This document shows positions 35,921 through 37,091 of a DNA stretch of 37,091 nucleotides, piece after piece. Position 1 is the stretch's first letter, and every line of letters starts with the position of its first letter. A model generated the notes under the pieces. It did no database searches. It had not been told where the DNA came from and worked only from the letters and a program-made list of their open reading frames with translations. The stretch covers positions 112,726 to 149,816 of the forward strand of contig JBNGIO010006247.1 in the NCBI GenBank assembly GCA_049999805.1. Reading direction: 5' to 3'. Origin of the DNA: Folioceros fuciformis (Eukaryota). The translations under genes and the position numbers were made by a program.

Positions 35921-37091
35921 TTATAGAGTGACGAGAAGCATGCCCGGCTCTGTCTCCGTGAACTGCAAGTCGAGCTCCTCGGTCGCCAGGTACTGCTTGA
36001 TGGCAATCGGCAACCTGGCCAGGGCCCGGGCGCCAGGTGTGTGGTGCCCTGTTCCAACACACACGAACATCTGCTGCTTGCTACGTTGCAAGGCTGCAGC
36101 CACACGGAGAGACTTCAACTCCTGCTTCAGCAACAGAACAGCCTCTTTGACGTGCAGGCCGTGCAGATCAAGCAGCCTGGCCTTGCCTTGCGTCAGCTTC
36201 TGAAACTCCCCTGCAATAGCAGCGTTCCTCTCGTGGAATATGGCCTTCCCTGCTTTCTCGTGCGCGGCCTTCATCTGCTCGTTCAACTGGTGTCCCTTGC
36301 TGCTCAACTCCTTGGCCAAGGCCCTGTTGCCTGCTATATACGCCCGTCTGGCATTCTCAAAGCAGACATTCCGTGCCCGGGCATGGTCCCTGGCCTCCTC
36401 CCGCATGTCAGCATACAAGTTGGACACGGCCTCCCCAGTGTTCAACCAGGGTTTGGGAGTGTGCCCCTGCACCTTACTGCTCAACTGAAACTTGTGCGTC
36501 TGCTGCTGCTGCTGCAGCAGCTTGTCCTCTAACCGGGTGGCCCCAAAGAAGCTACCTGCCTGGGAAGAGCGGGCAACGCTCCTCCCCAGCCCCTGGTAAG
36601 GGTCGGCGGCCGCCGGCTTGAATGAGCCACTCCATCCCTTCCTGGCCACGGCTGCGAAGTTGGTTGACGAGGAGCGGTAGTCTTCACCGGTGCTGAGCTT
36701 CCGCATGCCGCCCTCCAGCAGACTATACATGTTGCCCCCGCTCCCGACATTCGCACTCCCCAGGTCATACCCCCCTAAGGCCGGAAAATCGGCGGGGGTG
36801 GACACCGACGGCACATGCGCCACAGACGGGTACTGCTCCGACACAGATCCCTCATCCTTCCTCTCCAGGTACTGTAGCGTCTCTACCGTCATGCTCAAAT
36901 CACCCTCATTAGCACACAACATCTCCGTCAGGCTCTCGATGGCGAAGCCCGGAAATCTGGCCGTGAGCAACGCCACAGGATCAATATCCACCAGGTCATC
37001 AGGAAATGCCATGCTCCCGGCCCCACGAGAATTGTATACCCAATTCAGGTCCGCGTCCTCCGCCCACGCGGCCCTGACCTCGCTCGGGGAT
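35921..37091 (-). CDS. CID7: CID7-like protein (CUE-like + DUF1771 + Smr domains), 5' end outside the window
   Basis: DPVALLTARFPGFAIESLTEMLCANEGDLSMTVETL; PWLNTGEAVSNLYADMREEARDHARARNVCFENARRAYIAGNRALAKELSSKG; Smr motifs LDLHGLHVKEAV and VCVGTGHHT. The frame stays open to the window edge. Confidence 0.88.
   Translation of the reverse strand, partial: SPSEVRAAWAEDADLNWVYNSRGAGSMAFPDDLVDIDPVALLTARFPGFAIESLTEMLCANEGDLSMTVETLQYLERKDEGSVSEQYPSVAHVPSVSTPADFPALGGYDLGSANVGSGGNMYSLLEGGMRKLSTGEDYRSSSTNFAAVARKGWSGSFKPAAADPYQGLGRSVARSSQAGSFFGATRLEDKLLQQQQQTHKFQLSSKVQGHTPKPWLNTGEAVSNLYADMREEARDHARARNVCFENARRAYIAGNRALAKELSSKGHQLNEQMKAAHEKAGKAIFHERNAAIAGEFQKLTQGKARLLDLHGLHVKEAVLLLKQELKSLRVAAALQRSKQQMFVCVGTGHHTPGARALARLPIAIKQYLATEELDLQFTETEPGMLLVTL

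Overview
Gene-dense nuclear DNA of a land plant with short (~80-250 bp) GT-AG introns and TTTAGGG telomere motifs. The compact style suggests a non-seed plant such as a lycophyte or hornwort, but that is inference only. Genes in order: mitochondrial-type ALDH2 (+), RER1 (-), gamma-glutamyl transpeptidase 1 (-), a small signal-peptide ORF (-), mitochondrial ribosomal mS29/DAP3 (-), an intronless group II intron maturase-like gene (+), gamma-glutamyl transpeptidase 2 (+), a hevein-GH19 chitinase (-), a PPR-SMR protein (-), a repeat-rich degenerate block, a PLS-class PPR pseudogene (-), 6-phosphogluconolactonase (-) and a CID7-like Smr protein (-, cut by the window edge). The most notable feature is the maturase-like gene at 16318-17844. 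It has a clear MatR-like domain X and a presequence-like N-terminus, but no intact reverse-transcriptase domain and no recognisable flanking intron RNA. It looks like an organelle-derived, RT-less splicing factor domesticated in the nucleus. Three N gaps (779-878, ~3304-3403, 29829-29838) limit what can be read. All homology calls are by eye, without database searches.
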